Positions 49,054-57,920 of a DNA stretch of 64,000 bases are shown in pieces. This DNA comes from Candidatus Bathyarchaeota archaeon (GTDB taxonomy: Archaea; Thermoproteota; Bathyarchaeia; Bathyarchaeales; Bathycorpusculaceae), in contig CAWHDT010000001.1 of NCBI GenBank assembly GCA_963828195.1, positions 96,001 to 160,000 on the forward strand. The letters are read 5' to 3'. The first letter of the stretch is position 1. Every line of letters begins with the position of its first letter. The notes below the pieces were generated by a model, which worked only from the letters and a program-made list of their open reading frames with translations, was not told where the DNA came from and searched no databases. Made by a program: the position numbers and the translations under genes.

Positions 49054-50484
49054 GATGTTAAGAAGCCAGAAACGCGGGAAGAACTTGTTAAAACGTTGAC
49101 GGAAGCAGCAAAAAAAGAGGTTGGCTCAAAAAATAAGCCGTCAAAACCGACAATAGTTGGAACGGCAAAAGAAATGGAGATTCACAGGGATACACTTTAT
49201 AGTTGGTTGAAGGAGTTCAATGTCGATTTTAAAGAAATTACTGACCACATACCGACAGATGTTGCCGATGCCCCTGAAGAAAAATCGGGGAAAACTTACC
49301 TAATCGGCGAATCTCTAGTCGGAGAAGGAAACGAAGTTGCACATATTGACCTTATGATCGGCGATAAGGATGGCCCGGTAGGTCAAGCATTCGCCAACGG
49401 CATGACAAGCTTGTCAGCAGGCCACACGCCGCTTCTGGCAGTCATAAGACCAAACTTGCCTCCGAAACCCCACACGCTAATAGTTCCCAAAGTAACCGTT
49501 AAGAACATGGCGGACACGGGAAAAATTTTTGGTCCCGCTCAAGCGGCGGTTGCCAAAGCCATCGCGGATTCAGCTGAAGAGGGAATCATCCCCCGTGAGC
49601 ATCTTGACGATTGGGTCATAATCTGCAGCGTCTTTATCCATCCCCAAGCAGTCGATTACAGAAGGATTTATCAGTACAATTACGGCGCAACAAAAATGGC
49701 GCTTCAACGGGCACTGAAGAATTACCCAACGTATGAAAAGATGATCTACGAAAAAGACCGCTCAAAACACCCGATCATGGGCTTCAAAGTACCACGCCTA
49801 TGGAGACCACCATACCTACAAATTGCGCTTGATGCACCCTCACTTGAAGCGGCGAAGAAGGTTCTTGAACAACTGCCAGGAAGCGACAGAATCATTATTG
49901 AAGCCGGAACTCCATTGATCAAACGCTATGGCACCAAAGTGATCAGCGAATTGCGGCAGATAGCCAAAGAAAAATTCATAATAGCTGACCTCAAAACGCT
50001 TGATGTAGGCAAAGTCGAAGTAGACATTGCATACGAAGACACGGCGGACGCAGTTGTTGCAGCAGGCTTAGGTCCAGCGGAAACTCTTGACGCTACAGTC
50101 AGCGAAGCCAGACGCATGGGAATCTACTCGGTCATCGACATGCTAAACGTGGAAGACGTCCTCGCAAAGCTTAAATCAGTTAAAGACCTGCCAGACATTG
50201 TTATCCTGCACAGAGGCATCGACATGGAAAACGGCAGAACCTGCGGGCTCGAACGCATAAAGATGATACGCCAAGCTTTCCCAAACAAAAAACTCCTCAT
50301 TGCAGTTGCAGGCGGCATCGTCCCAGAAACAGCCAAAGAAGCCTTGGAACAGGGCGCAGACATCCTAATCGTCGGCAGATACGTCACCCAGAGCAAAGAC
50401 ATCGAACGCAGCGTACGCGACTTTCTTGAGCTAACGCCAGCCATGCGGGAAGACATCGACCTCTACAGAGTCCACACAGAATAA
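49042..50484 (+). CDS. fae-hps: HTH-fused bifunctional formaldehyde-activating enzyme / 3-hexulose-6-phosphate synthase
   Basis: Fae: GEGNEVAHIDL, KVT, FGPAQAAVA, VFIHP; Hps: LQIALD, EAGTPLI, DLKTLD, HRGID, VAGG; extra ~84 aa N-terminus with HTH-like TAKEMEIHRDTLYSWLK. Confidence 0.93.
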   Translation: MSGADVKKPETREELVKTLTEAAKKEVGSKNKPSKPTIVGTAKEMEIHRDTLYSWLKEFNVDFKEITDHIPTDVADAPEEKSGKTYLIGESLVGEGNEVAHIDLMIGDKDGPVGQAFANGMTSLSAGHTPLLAVIRPNLPPKPHTLIVPKVTVKNMADTGKIFGPAQAAVAKAIADSAEEGIIPREHLDDWVIICSVFIHPQAVDYRRIYQYNYGATKMALQRALKNYPTYEKMIYEKDRSKHPIMGFKVPRLWRPPYLQIALDAPSLEAAKKVLEQLPGSDRIIIEAGTPLIKRYGTKVISELRQIAKEKFIIADLKTLDVGKVEVDIAYEDTADAVVAAGLGPAETLDATVSEARRMGIYSVIDMLNVEDVLAKLKSVKDLPDIVILHRGIDMENGRTCGLERIKMIRQAFPNKKLLIAVAGGIVPETAKEALEQGADILIVGRYVTQSKDIERSVRDFLELTPAMREDIDLYRVHTE

Positions 50485-50817
50485 ACCGAGATGAGGTCAC
50501 CAACCTTTTCTTTTATCTTATTTAATTTCTCCGCATCGACAGTGATAAAAAATGATTTATGCAATTTTTGAATAAACCAAACAACCTCAGTTTCTTAACG
50601 CTTATGCGCTTGCCTATTTGGCTCCTGTAGATGCGGCAATTAGGCAAATCCAGCAGTTTATTCTCCTTTTCGCCCGTAAGCTAGCCTGATATAACTGCGT
50701 TTAAAGCCCTGAACCAAAAAAGCAACTTAAGACAAACTTTGCTCAAATCTGCTTACCCTATAGACCGACCTATTATTTGTTCCAAAAAATCGCCACAAAT
50801 ATGGCTTAAAACTTTGT

Positions 50818-52056
50818 CTACCGGAACAGTTTCAAGGTTAGGAAGGCGACTAAGAAGACGATTGCGGTGATGATGAACATTGGAACGTAATCTAGCTTGA
50901 AGGCGAGATATGGCCCAAGGAAAGCGCCTATTGCGCCGCCTAAACCAACGAGCCCATCGAAGAAGCCGGTTTTTCCTGCAGGTATAACCTCCATAGAAAG
51001 AGAAAGCATCATGATATAGTACATGGCGTAGGCAAATCCGAGGAAGATAAGCAAGACGCCGGTCATCACTGCTGGCGAAAAAGCAAACAAAATTACCGCA
51101 ACAAGCACAAAAATCAGTAAGCTACGCAGTAGCACAAAGCGGGGCATTTGCTTGCCAATATTCATCGATTGTGCCCTTCCGCGGATCAGGAAGTAGCCCG
51201 CTGTTGCTCCTGCTGAGTTCAAGATGTATGCGATGTAAACGATGCTCATCGGCAAATGTAAGCCTTCGTTTAGAAAGATGGGCAGAGGTGTGAAGAAGAG
51301 GCTTGTTGCCAAAGCAAACAGAACTATGGCTAATGCGAAGCCTGTGAAGCTTTCTTGTTTAAGAGAACCATCCCAGGGCAGCCCATCCATGAGCCTAGAT
51401 GAGCCTTCAACGCCGCGGTGAGTGTACTCTAGCTTTTTCTCTATGCTTACCAATCGTCGCTCAAAAATCAGCAATGGGTCAGCAATCAAAGCTAAAGCCA
51501 GCGCGAAGGCAACCACGCTTAAAGCGCTGCAGAGGTAAAAAGTGTAAGTTACTGTTACTGAAGCAAAGGAAAGAGTAACGGTTGATGCAAACACGAAAAG
51601 GCCGATAGCGTAACCAATAATCGTGCCGATTTCGGTGAGTCCCTCGTAGAACCCGAAGGCTCTTTCCCAGTCGCTGCGGCTGTAATGCTCTGTGACAAGC
51701 ACGTTTTTGGGTGATTCATGCGCCACATGAAGCATCTGCATGACCACGTACAGGGCAACAAAAACGATTAAGTTCTGGGCGAACGGAAGCGTCATGAGGA
51801 AAAGAATTGCAGCTATTGAAGCGAAAGAAAGGAGAATAAACACTTTGTAGTGGCGGGTGGCGTCGCAGAGGTATCCCCAGAGAAATGAGGCGGGAATAGA
51901 GCAGAATATTGCGATTGACATCATTACTCCCAGGGCAAGCAGCGGTCCGCCTAAGAGGCTGGTATTTTTAAAAACAATTACGTAGAGCGGTATGAATACG
52001 GTTAGTAATCCGAAAGCCATATCATGGAAGAAGAACCCTAACCGCCACATAGCCAA
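50818..52056 (-). CDS. MFS transporter
   Basis: About 12 TM; WGYLCD motif A-like; GAFLGPYL. Confidence 0.88.
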   Translation of the reverse strand: MAMWRLGFFFHDMAFGLLTVFIPLYVIVFKNTSLLGGPLLALGVMMSIAIFCSIPASFLWGYLCDATRHYKVFILLSFASIAAILFLMTLPFAQNLIVFVALYVVMQMLHVAHESPKNVLVTEHYSRSDWERAFGFYEGLTEIGTIIGYAIGLFVFASTVTLSFASVTVTYTFYLCSALSVVAFALALALIADPLLIFERRLVSIEKKLEYTHRGVEGSSRLMDGLPWDGSLKQESFTGFALAIVLFALATSLFFTPLPIFLNEGLHLPMSIVYIAYILNSAGATAGYFLIRGRAQSMNIGKQMPRFVLLRSLLIFVLVAVILFAFSPAVMTGVLLIFLGFAYAMYYIMMLSLSMEVIPAGKTGFFDGLVGLGGAIGAFLGPYLAFKLDYVPMFIITAIVFLVAFLTLKLFR

Positions 52057-52198
52057 AGAACGGCTTCAAGTATGCATTAAAGCTTTTGCATAAATAATCT
52101 AAATCCCTTAAATAGACCGCATTGAACGAATAAACTTCATAAATCCTTAATAGAGAGACCAGCCAATTTCATTCTCCGCTGGAGAGTTAATCAGCAAA

Positions 52199-52600
52199 AT
52201 GGCAAAATTCAAGGTAATAGTATCAGATCCCGAATCGGGAACTTCAAAAGTTGTTGAGCTGGAAGAAGCACGCGCAGCGCCGTTCATAGGCCGAAGAATT
52301 GGGGAAATAATAGACGGCACCGCAGTAGATTTGCCAGCGCATAAAGTGCAGATAAGAGGCGGCTCAGACAAAGACGGCGTCCCAATGAGGGGAAACGTTC
52401 ATGGCGGTGTCCGCCGAGCTGTGGTGCTTAGCGGTGGAGCAGGTTTTAACCCCAAGAAAAGCGGAGAAAGAAGGCGCAAAACAGTTCGGGGAAGCACAAT
52501 AACAGATGAAATTGTCCAGATTAACATGAAAATTGTGGAAAAGCCAGCTGCGAAAACTACGCCTGAAGCTAAAGCTCAACCTGTTGCAAAACCAGCATAA
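52199..52600 (+). CDS. rps6e: 30S ribosomal protein S6e (eS6)
   Basis: KVIVSDP, IRGGSDKDGVPM, GERRRKTVRG. Confidence 0.96.
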   Translation: MAKFKVIVSDPESGTSKVVELEEARAAPFIGRRIGEIIDGTAVDLPAHKVQIRGGSDKDGVPMRGNVHGGVRRAVVLSGGAGFNPKKSGERRRKTVRGSTITDEIVQINMKIVEKPAAKTTPEAKAQPVAKPA

Positions 52601-52682
52601 GTTTAACGATGCACATCTTAAACCTTATAAACATCCATAGTTCTTTCATAATTCATTAAATTTATTTAAAGAAGAGAACAAG

Positions 52683-53933
52683 ATGAGTGACGCGAGTAAA
52701 GCCTTGCCTAAGCAGCCAGAAGTCAACATTGGCACTATAGGTCATGTAGACCATGGGAAAACCACGTTGGTGCAAGCGTTAACTGGCGTTTGGGCGTCAA
52801 GGCACAGTGAAGAACTAAAAAGAGGCATCACCATAAAACTCGGCTACGCCGACATGCCTATTTACAAATGCCCGAAATGTGAACCCCCAAAAAACTACAC
52901 AATTAAACCGTTTTGTGAATTCTGCAATTCTAAAGCGGAATTCGTTCGGGCGATAAGTTTTGTTGACGCGCCAGGCCATGAAGCGCTGATGGCCACTATG
53001 CTTTCAGGCGCAGCCATAATGGATGGCGCAATTTTGGTTATTGCAGCTGATGAACCGTGTCCTCAACCGCAGACGCGAGAGCACCTTGCAGCCGCTGAAG
53101 TTAGCGGCATAAAGAACCTAATTATCGTTCAGAACAAGATTGATATTGTAGATGAGAAAAGAGCGCTGGAAAGCTATAAAGAAATCAAAAACTTCGTTAA
53201 AGGCACAGTAGCGGAGAAAGCGCCGATCATTCCAATATCAGCCCAACGCGGAATAAACATCGACGTACTCCTCAACGCGATCGAAACAGTTATTCCCACG
53301 CCCCAACGCGACGAAACTAAACCGCCGCTCATGTATATTATTCGCTCCTTCGACGTTAACAAGCCGGGAACCACCATCGACGAGTTGGAAGGAGGCATCG
53401 TCGGCGGAACAATAGCTCAGGGAAAATTTGTTGTTGGAGAAGAAATAGAAATTCGCCCAGGCATCAGCGTTGAAAGAGAAGGCAAAACCGTTTACGACCC
53501 GTTAATCAGCGAAATAGTCAGTTTGAACGCTGGCGAACGAAACGTGAAAGAAGCCACATGCGGGGGCCTAATTGGAGTGGGAACATGTCTGGATCCATCG
53601 TATTCAAAGGCAGACGGCTTAACAGGCAGCATTGCTGGAAAAGCAGGATTGCTTCCGCCGACATTGACGGAACTTACTTTGGAAACACACGTTTTGGAGC
53701 GTGCAGTTGGAACAAAAGAGCTTTTGAAGGTTGAAAAATTTAATCCTGATGAAGCGTTGCTGCTTCACATTGGTGCAGCTGTAAACGTTGGAAAAATCGT
53801 TTCAATAAAGCAAAACGTGATTAAAGTAAAGTTGACCAGACCGATTTGCGCATTGCCAGAGTCCAGAGTTGCAATCAGCAGAAAAATCACTGCCCGCTGG
53901 AGACTTATCGGATACGGATTAATCGTAAAGTAG
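52683..53933 (+). CDS. eif2g: Translation initiation factor aIF2 gamma subunit
   Basis: QPEVNIGTIGHVDHGKTT, RGITIKLGY, DAPGHE, QNKID, WRLIGYG. Confidence 0.97.
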   Translation: MSDASKALPKQPEVNIGTIGHVDHGKTTLVQALTGVWASRHSEELKRGITIKLGYADMPIYKCPKCEPPKNYTIKPFCEFCNSKAEFVRAISFVDAPGHEALMATMLSGAAIMDGAILVIAADEPCPQPQTREHLAAAEVSGIKNLIIVQNKIDIVDEKRALESYKEIKNFVKGTVAEKAPIIPISAQRGINIDVLLNAIETVIPTPQRDETKPPLMYIIRSFDVNKPGTTIDELEGGIVGGTIAQGKFVVGEEIEIRPGISVEREGKTVYDPLISEIVSLNAGERNVKEATCGGLIGVGTCLDPSYSKADGLTGSIAGKAGLLPPTLTELTLETHVLERAVGTKELLKVEKFNPDEALLLHIGAAVNVGKIVSIKQNVIKVKLTRPICALPESRVAISRKITARWRLIGYGLIVK

Positions 53934-53941
53934 AGTAGAGT

Positions 53942-54379
53942 TTAATCCGTTAATTTTATTATGCCGTTTTTCTTGAGGAAATCGTGTGCTTTCTGCATAA
54001 CGTCTTTGGCATTTTTAAAAGTCAGTTTTTCCATTGCATGCTGGTAATCGAGCCAAGTGTAGCCCACATGCTCAAATGACAACTCAACCTTATCGGTGAA
54101 TGACTCCATCACGAAGAATACAACTTCTTTATGGACGGTTAAGCCCTGTCTCCTGTAAAAATACGCGATTGCCTCCCTGAAACCATCTAAAAATTGGGCT
54201 TCAGTTATGCCTGTTTCCTCTTTCAGTTCGCGGGTAACGGTTTCTTTTTCGCTTTCATTGGGTTCAACGTTTCCCTTAACAAAATCCCAGTGGCCCGCTG
54301 CGTAATTAAGCAGAAGATATTTTGTAGCTTCATCCTTTTTTATGAATATAACTGCGCCACAAGATTTCTCTCGGAGCAT
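53942..54379 (-). CDS. Nudix hydrolase, Ap4A hydrolase-like
   Basis: EKSCGAVIF, GHWDFVKG, Nudix box GNVEPNE...RELKEETG, LSFEH. Confidence 0.9.
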   Translation of the reverse strand: MLREKSCGAVIFIKKDEATKYLLLNYAAGHWDFVKGNVEPNESEKETVTRELKEETGITEAQFLDGFREAIAYFYRRQGLTVHKEVVFFVMESFTDKVELSFEHVGYTWLDYQHAMEKLTFKNAKDVMQKAHDFLKKNGIIKLTD

Positions 54380-54519
54380 TCATTCACCCAGCCGATGCTC
54401 AATTCATTTACTCAAGGTATTTAAACTGATAGTTAATCTGAAGGGCAAGCTGAGATACCAACTGAAACAATAGGGATAAACGAAATGTTTAAGCTTGCAA
54501 AAAACAATTTTTTTGGGTT

Positions 54520-54960
54520 GTGGAGCCGTTGCAAGTGCCAGTTTCAACAAGTAGCAGAAACCAACCGGTAAAAGTCATCTTGGATTCAAACGCGTTGTTT
54601 GTGCCCTTTGAATTCAAACTTGATATTTTCTCTGAAGTCAAGCAGTTGTTAAACCGCAATGTTGACTTCATTTTGCTCTCGCCCGTTAAACGCGAACTCG
54701 AATTGCTCTCTGCCAATGGATCCCCCAAAATTCGCAGGGAAGCAGCTTACGCGTTGAAGCTGGCTGAAAAATGCAAATATGTTGCGGTTGAAGAACAGGA
54801 GAAGCTGTCAACTGACGACGCCATAGTTAAGGTAGCAAAAGCATGGAGTTCGCCCGTGTTCACCAACGATAAGGAGCTAAGGAGGAAGCTAAGAGATATA
54901 AGCGTGCCAGTGATTTATTTGAGACAAAAATCGCGTCTAGAGATTGACGGGTTGATATAA
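54520..54960 (+). CDS. PIN-domain protein (Fcf1/Utp24-like)
   Basis: VILDSNAL, TDDAI, VFTNDKEL; standard position before rpo7. Confidence 0.9.
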   Translation: MEPLQVPVSTSSRNQPVKVILDSNALFVPFEFKLDIFSEVKQLLNRNVDFILLSPVKRELELLSANGSPKIRREAAYALKLAEKCKYVAVEEQEKLSTDDAIVKVAKAWSSPVFTNDKELRRKLRDISVPVIYLRQKSRLEIDGLI

Positions 54961-54963
54961 ACT

Positions 54964-55548
54964 ATGTTTAAGCTCATAACATTACAGGATACTATCCGTA
55001 TTCCCCCAGAAACCTTCGGCAACCCCCTAGAAAAAGTCGGTCGGGAACAAGTCAAGCAGAAGTACGAGGGAGTCGTAGACGAGGAATTAGGATACGTCAT
55101 AGCAGTCACAACTATAGAGGTAAGCCCCATCGGCAAAATAATTCCAGGCGACGGAGCAACATATCACAAAGTATCTTTTTCGCTTTTAACGTTCTACCCG
55201 GTAATTCAAGAAGTCGTAGAAGGAGACGTCGTTGAAATCGCTGATTTCGGCGCCTTCGTACGCATCGGACCAGTAGATGCGCTCCTGCATGTTTCACAGC
55301 TCATGGACGATTACATCTCTTACGACGAAAAACAAGGAGTCCTGCAGGGAAAAGAAACCAAAAGAAAACTGTCCACAGGCGACCAAGTACGTGTCAGGAT
55401 AACCGCGGTTTCGCTTGGCAGAGCAGGAAGTTCAGGAAAAATCGGTGTAACCGCCCGGCAACCGTTTTTAGGTAAACTTGACTGGTTAAAAGAGGCAGCT
55501 GAGGCGCCTGCAAAGAAACCGGCGGAAACCAAAGAGAAAGCGGAGTAA
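54964..55548 (+). CDS. rpo7: RNA polymerase subunit Rpo7 (E')
   Basis: DTIRIPP, GKIIPGDG, FGAFVRIGPVDALLHVSQ, RQPFLGK. Confidence 0.96.
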   Translation: MFKLITLQDTIRIPPETFGNPLEKVGREQVKQKYEGVVDEELGYVIAVTTIEVSPIGKIIPGDGATYHKVSFSLLTFYPVIQEVVEGDVVEIADFGAFVRIGPVDALLHVSQLMDDYISYDEKQGVLQGKETKRKLSTGDQVRVRITAVSLGRAGSSGKIGVTARQPFLGKLDWLKEAAEAPAKKPAETKEKAE

Positions 55549-55564
55549 ACAGGAGCGAACTGTA

Positions 55565-55750
55565 ATGAGCGAAAAAGCATGTGCTAACTGTCATTTCATA
55601 ACCAAAGAGAACGTGTGCGTCAGATGCAGGTCAACTAGTTTTAGCGAGGACTACGCCGGCTTAGTCGTCATGTTTGACCCTGAAAACTCGGTTATCGCAA
55701 AAGCCATGAACATAAAAGAAAAAGGCAGATACGCCCTAAAAGTGCGCTAA
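55565..55750 (+). CDS. spt4: Transcription elongation factor Spt4
   Basis: KACANC...CVRC...DPENSVIA...GRYALKVR. Confidence 0.95.
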   Translation: MSEKACANCHFITKENVCVRCRSTSFSEDYAGLVVMFDPENSVIAKAMNIKEKGRYALKVR

Positions 55751-55816
55751 GCTGCTTTTAAGCATAGAACGGTAACTTCATACAACCCTAAACTGTTTGT
55801 TTCGATAGGTGAAACC

Positions 55817-56365
55817 TTGACTGTAGTCTACAGTGTAACACCGGAGCTTCGAGAGAAATTCAAAGAACCATTCGGGATCCTGATCCAAGGCTCATTTAAC
55901 GAAACCATGGGCAAAATGAAGGAGTTGGTGGATAAAGAGAAGCCGCCGAGAACAATTTCGGTGGGAGACGTAGTTAGCCGCAACCTTCACGAGCACAACA
56001 TTCATCCCCAACTAACAATTATCGACAATAAATTTCTCAGAAGCCAAACCATGCCCCAGAAAGCTTCAGCGGAAAGAACAATCCATGTGAAGAACCCACA
56101 GGGAACAATAACTCAAGAAGCAATTTCCGCGATCAAGGAAGCCTTAGAAAAAAAAGAGCATACACACATTGTCGTCAACGGCGAAGAAGATTTACTTACA
56201 CTCATAGCCGTTTTGTACGCTCCAGAAAACTCTTTTGTGGTCTATGGGCAACCCTATTCGGGCATCGTTGTCGTTAAAGTTTCTTCAGAAAAAAAGGCTC
56301 AGGCCAAGGAATTCCTGAAAGCCATGAAAATCTTCGAAAAGCTAAATAGGAAGAAAACTGTATGA
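55817..56365 (+). CDS. GTP-dependent dephospho-CoA kinase (DUF359)
   Basis: SVGDVV, IIDNK, NPQGTIT, GEEDLL, YGQP. Confidence 0.9.
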   Translation: MTVVYSVTPELREKFKEPFGILIQGSFNETMGKMKELVDKEKPPRTISVGDVVSRNLHEHNIHPQLTIIDNKFLRSQTMPQKASAERTIHVKNPQGTITQEAISAIKEALEKKEHTHIVVNGEEDLLTLIAVLYAPENSFVVYGQPYSGIVVVKVSSEKKAQAKEFLKAMKIFEKLNRKKTV

Positions 56366-56387
56366 ACTTACGCCTTAAGTGAATATA

Positions 56388-56699
56388 ATGCAACTCAAAA
56401 TAGAATCAACCAATAACAATCCGCTTCTGAAACGGAAAGAAGTAGTCTTCACGATTATCCAAGGTCCAAAAGAAAAAACTCCGCCGAGGCTAGAAGTGAA
56501 AAAAGCCTTAGCCGTCGAAATGAAAATCGGCGACGACGTGGTTTTTATCAAAAGAATGCATACAAAAACGGGAACAAGCATAACGCAGGGAGATGCTAAC
56601 GTGTACCAAACAGTCGCGCAGGCTAAACTCGTCGAGCCTGAATACATCAGGAAACGCAATAGCCCACCTGAAAAGCCCAAAGAAGAGGCGACAGCATAA
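56388..56699 (+). CDS. rps24e: 30S ribosomal protein S24e (eS24)
   Basis: NPLLKRKEV, TPPRLEV, EPEYIRKRN. Confidence 0.95.
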   Translation: MQLKIESTNNNPLLKRKEVVFTIIQGPKEKTPPRLEVKKALAVEMKIGDDVVFIKRMHTKTGTSITQGDANVYQTVAQAKLVEPEYIRKRNSPPEKPKEEATA

Positions 56700-57004
56700 T
56701 GTCAAAGAAACCAGCACCCCCGCCAAAGAAAGAAGAGAAACCCGCAGCAGCACCGAAGAAAGAAGAGGCAAAACCAGCTGCAGCTGCTGAAGGAGCGCCA
56801 AAACCGCAAAAGGCTGAGAAAGCAAAACATGAAAAGAAGCATCGGGAAGAAAAGGGTGTCCATGCAATGTACAAGGTTGAAGAAAGCAAGGTCAGCCGTG
56901 CACGTCCAACCTGCGAGCGGTGTGGAGCAGGATTCTTCATGGCAGACCACCATGACAGGTACACATGCGGACACTGCGGTTTTACTCGTTACAAGCAGAA
57001 ATAA
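56699..57004 (+). CDS. rps27ae: 30S ribosomal protein S27ae (eS31) with N-terminal K/A/P/E extension
   Basis: CERCGAGFFMADHHDRYTCGHCG; start overlaps eS24 stop (TAATG). Confidence 0.94.
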   Translation: MSKKPAPPPKKEEKPAAAPKKEEAKPAAAAEGAPKPQKAEKAKHEKKHREEKGVHAMYKVEESKVSRARPTCERCGAGFFMADHHDRYTCGHCGFTRYKQK

Positions 57005-57047
57005 GCAGTTTTAAATCTCCCGTCACGATTAGTTCTGGTGACCTGAT

Positions 57048-57476
57048 ATGCTTAGAGTTAACGTTGTGATAACCAGCATCACTGCAGAACGCTTCTGGGA
57101 CATACGAAAACCCATCCCCCCAATCCAGATAAACACGAACATCAACGTGGTCGGCATGGAAAAGAAACAGGACGAATCCTTAGAAGTACCGTTTGTTCTG
57201 TCAATCGCGTTTAACCCCTCCATCGCACAAATGAGCATAAAAGGAAACGCCTACGTGACCGGCGAGAAAAACGAAGTTGAAAAAACCCTCAAAGACTACG
57301 AACAAAAAAAGCCCCCGCCACAAATAATAATCCAATCAGTATCAAACGTCGTCTTCATCGAAGCCGTACTCATATCAAGAATACTAAATATTCCCCCGCC
57401 TGTTCCGCTCCCGCAGATTCCTGAAGCTGGAAAACAACCAAGCGCTAAGCCCCAAGGAAGAGACTACAGCCAATAA
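57048..57476 (+). CDS. Conserved hypothetical protein, possible SecB-like fold
   Basis: Four alternating beta strands, two helices, ISRILNIPPPVPLP end. Confidence 0.7.
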   Translation: MLRVNVVITSITAERFWDIRKPIPPIQINTNINVVGMEKKQDESLEVPFVLSIAFNPSIAQMSIKGNAYVTGEKNEVEKTLKDYEQKKPPPQIIIQSVSNVVFIEAVLISRILNIPPPVPLPQIPEAGKQPSAKPQGRDYSQ

Positions 57477-57599
57477 CAGCCTCTTTTAGTCGCCTTTCAC
57501 TATTTTTTTCGTTAATGTCTGGGTTCATTTTTTCCGTTGATGTTGCCATTTGGAGTTTTAGGTTCATTCTTTTGGCATAGCTAATCCCGCTAAGCACGG

Positions 57600-57821
57600 T
57601 TATGGGTGTTTTCTCTGGTTTGAAACAAAATCAATAACAAAAATGAGAAATAAAATAATTCCAACAACCGTTAATCCTACGCCAAGATAAGTTACTAAGC
57701 CACTATCTAAGCGGTTTGTGCGTCTTGAAGACCTTAAGTAACCAACCTGTGTGATAACTATTCCAGTGAGCAGTAAAATGACGCCTACTCTACCAACAAT
57801 CGTTCCATACCCTTTGGACAT
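57600..57821 (-). CDS. Small two-TM membrane protein
   Basis: Two hydrophobic helices; ends RKHP. Confidence 0.55.
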   Translation of the reverse strand: MSKGYGTIVGRVGVILLLTGIVITQVGYLRSSRRTNRLDSGLVTYLGVGLTVVGIILFLIFVIDFVSNQRKHP

Positions 57822-57920
57822 CTTTTTTCCTTCGTGCCAATCTTTGAGCAGGTTGTTCCCCAAATAGTTTTGCGGCGAGCTTCTGCCATTTTTGGCTGGT
57901 TTGTTGGTTGTAACCCGCTT

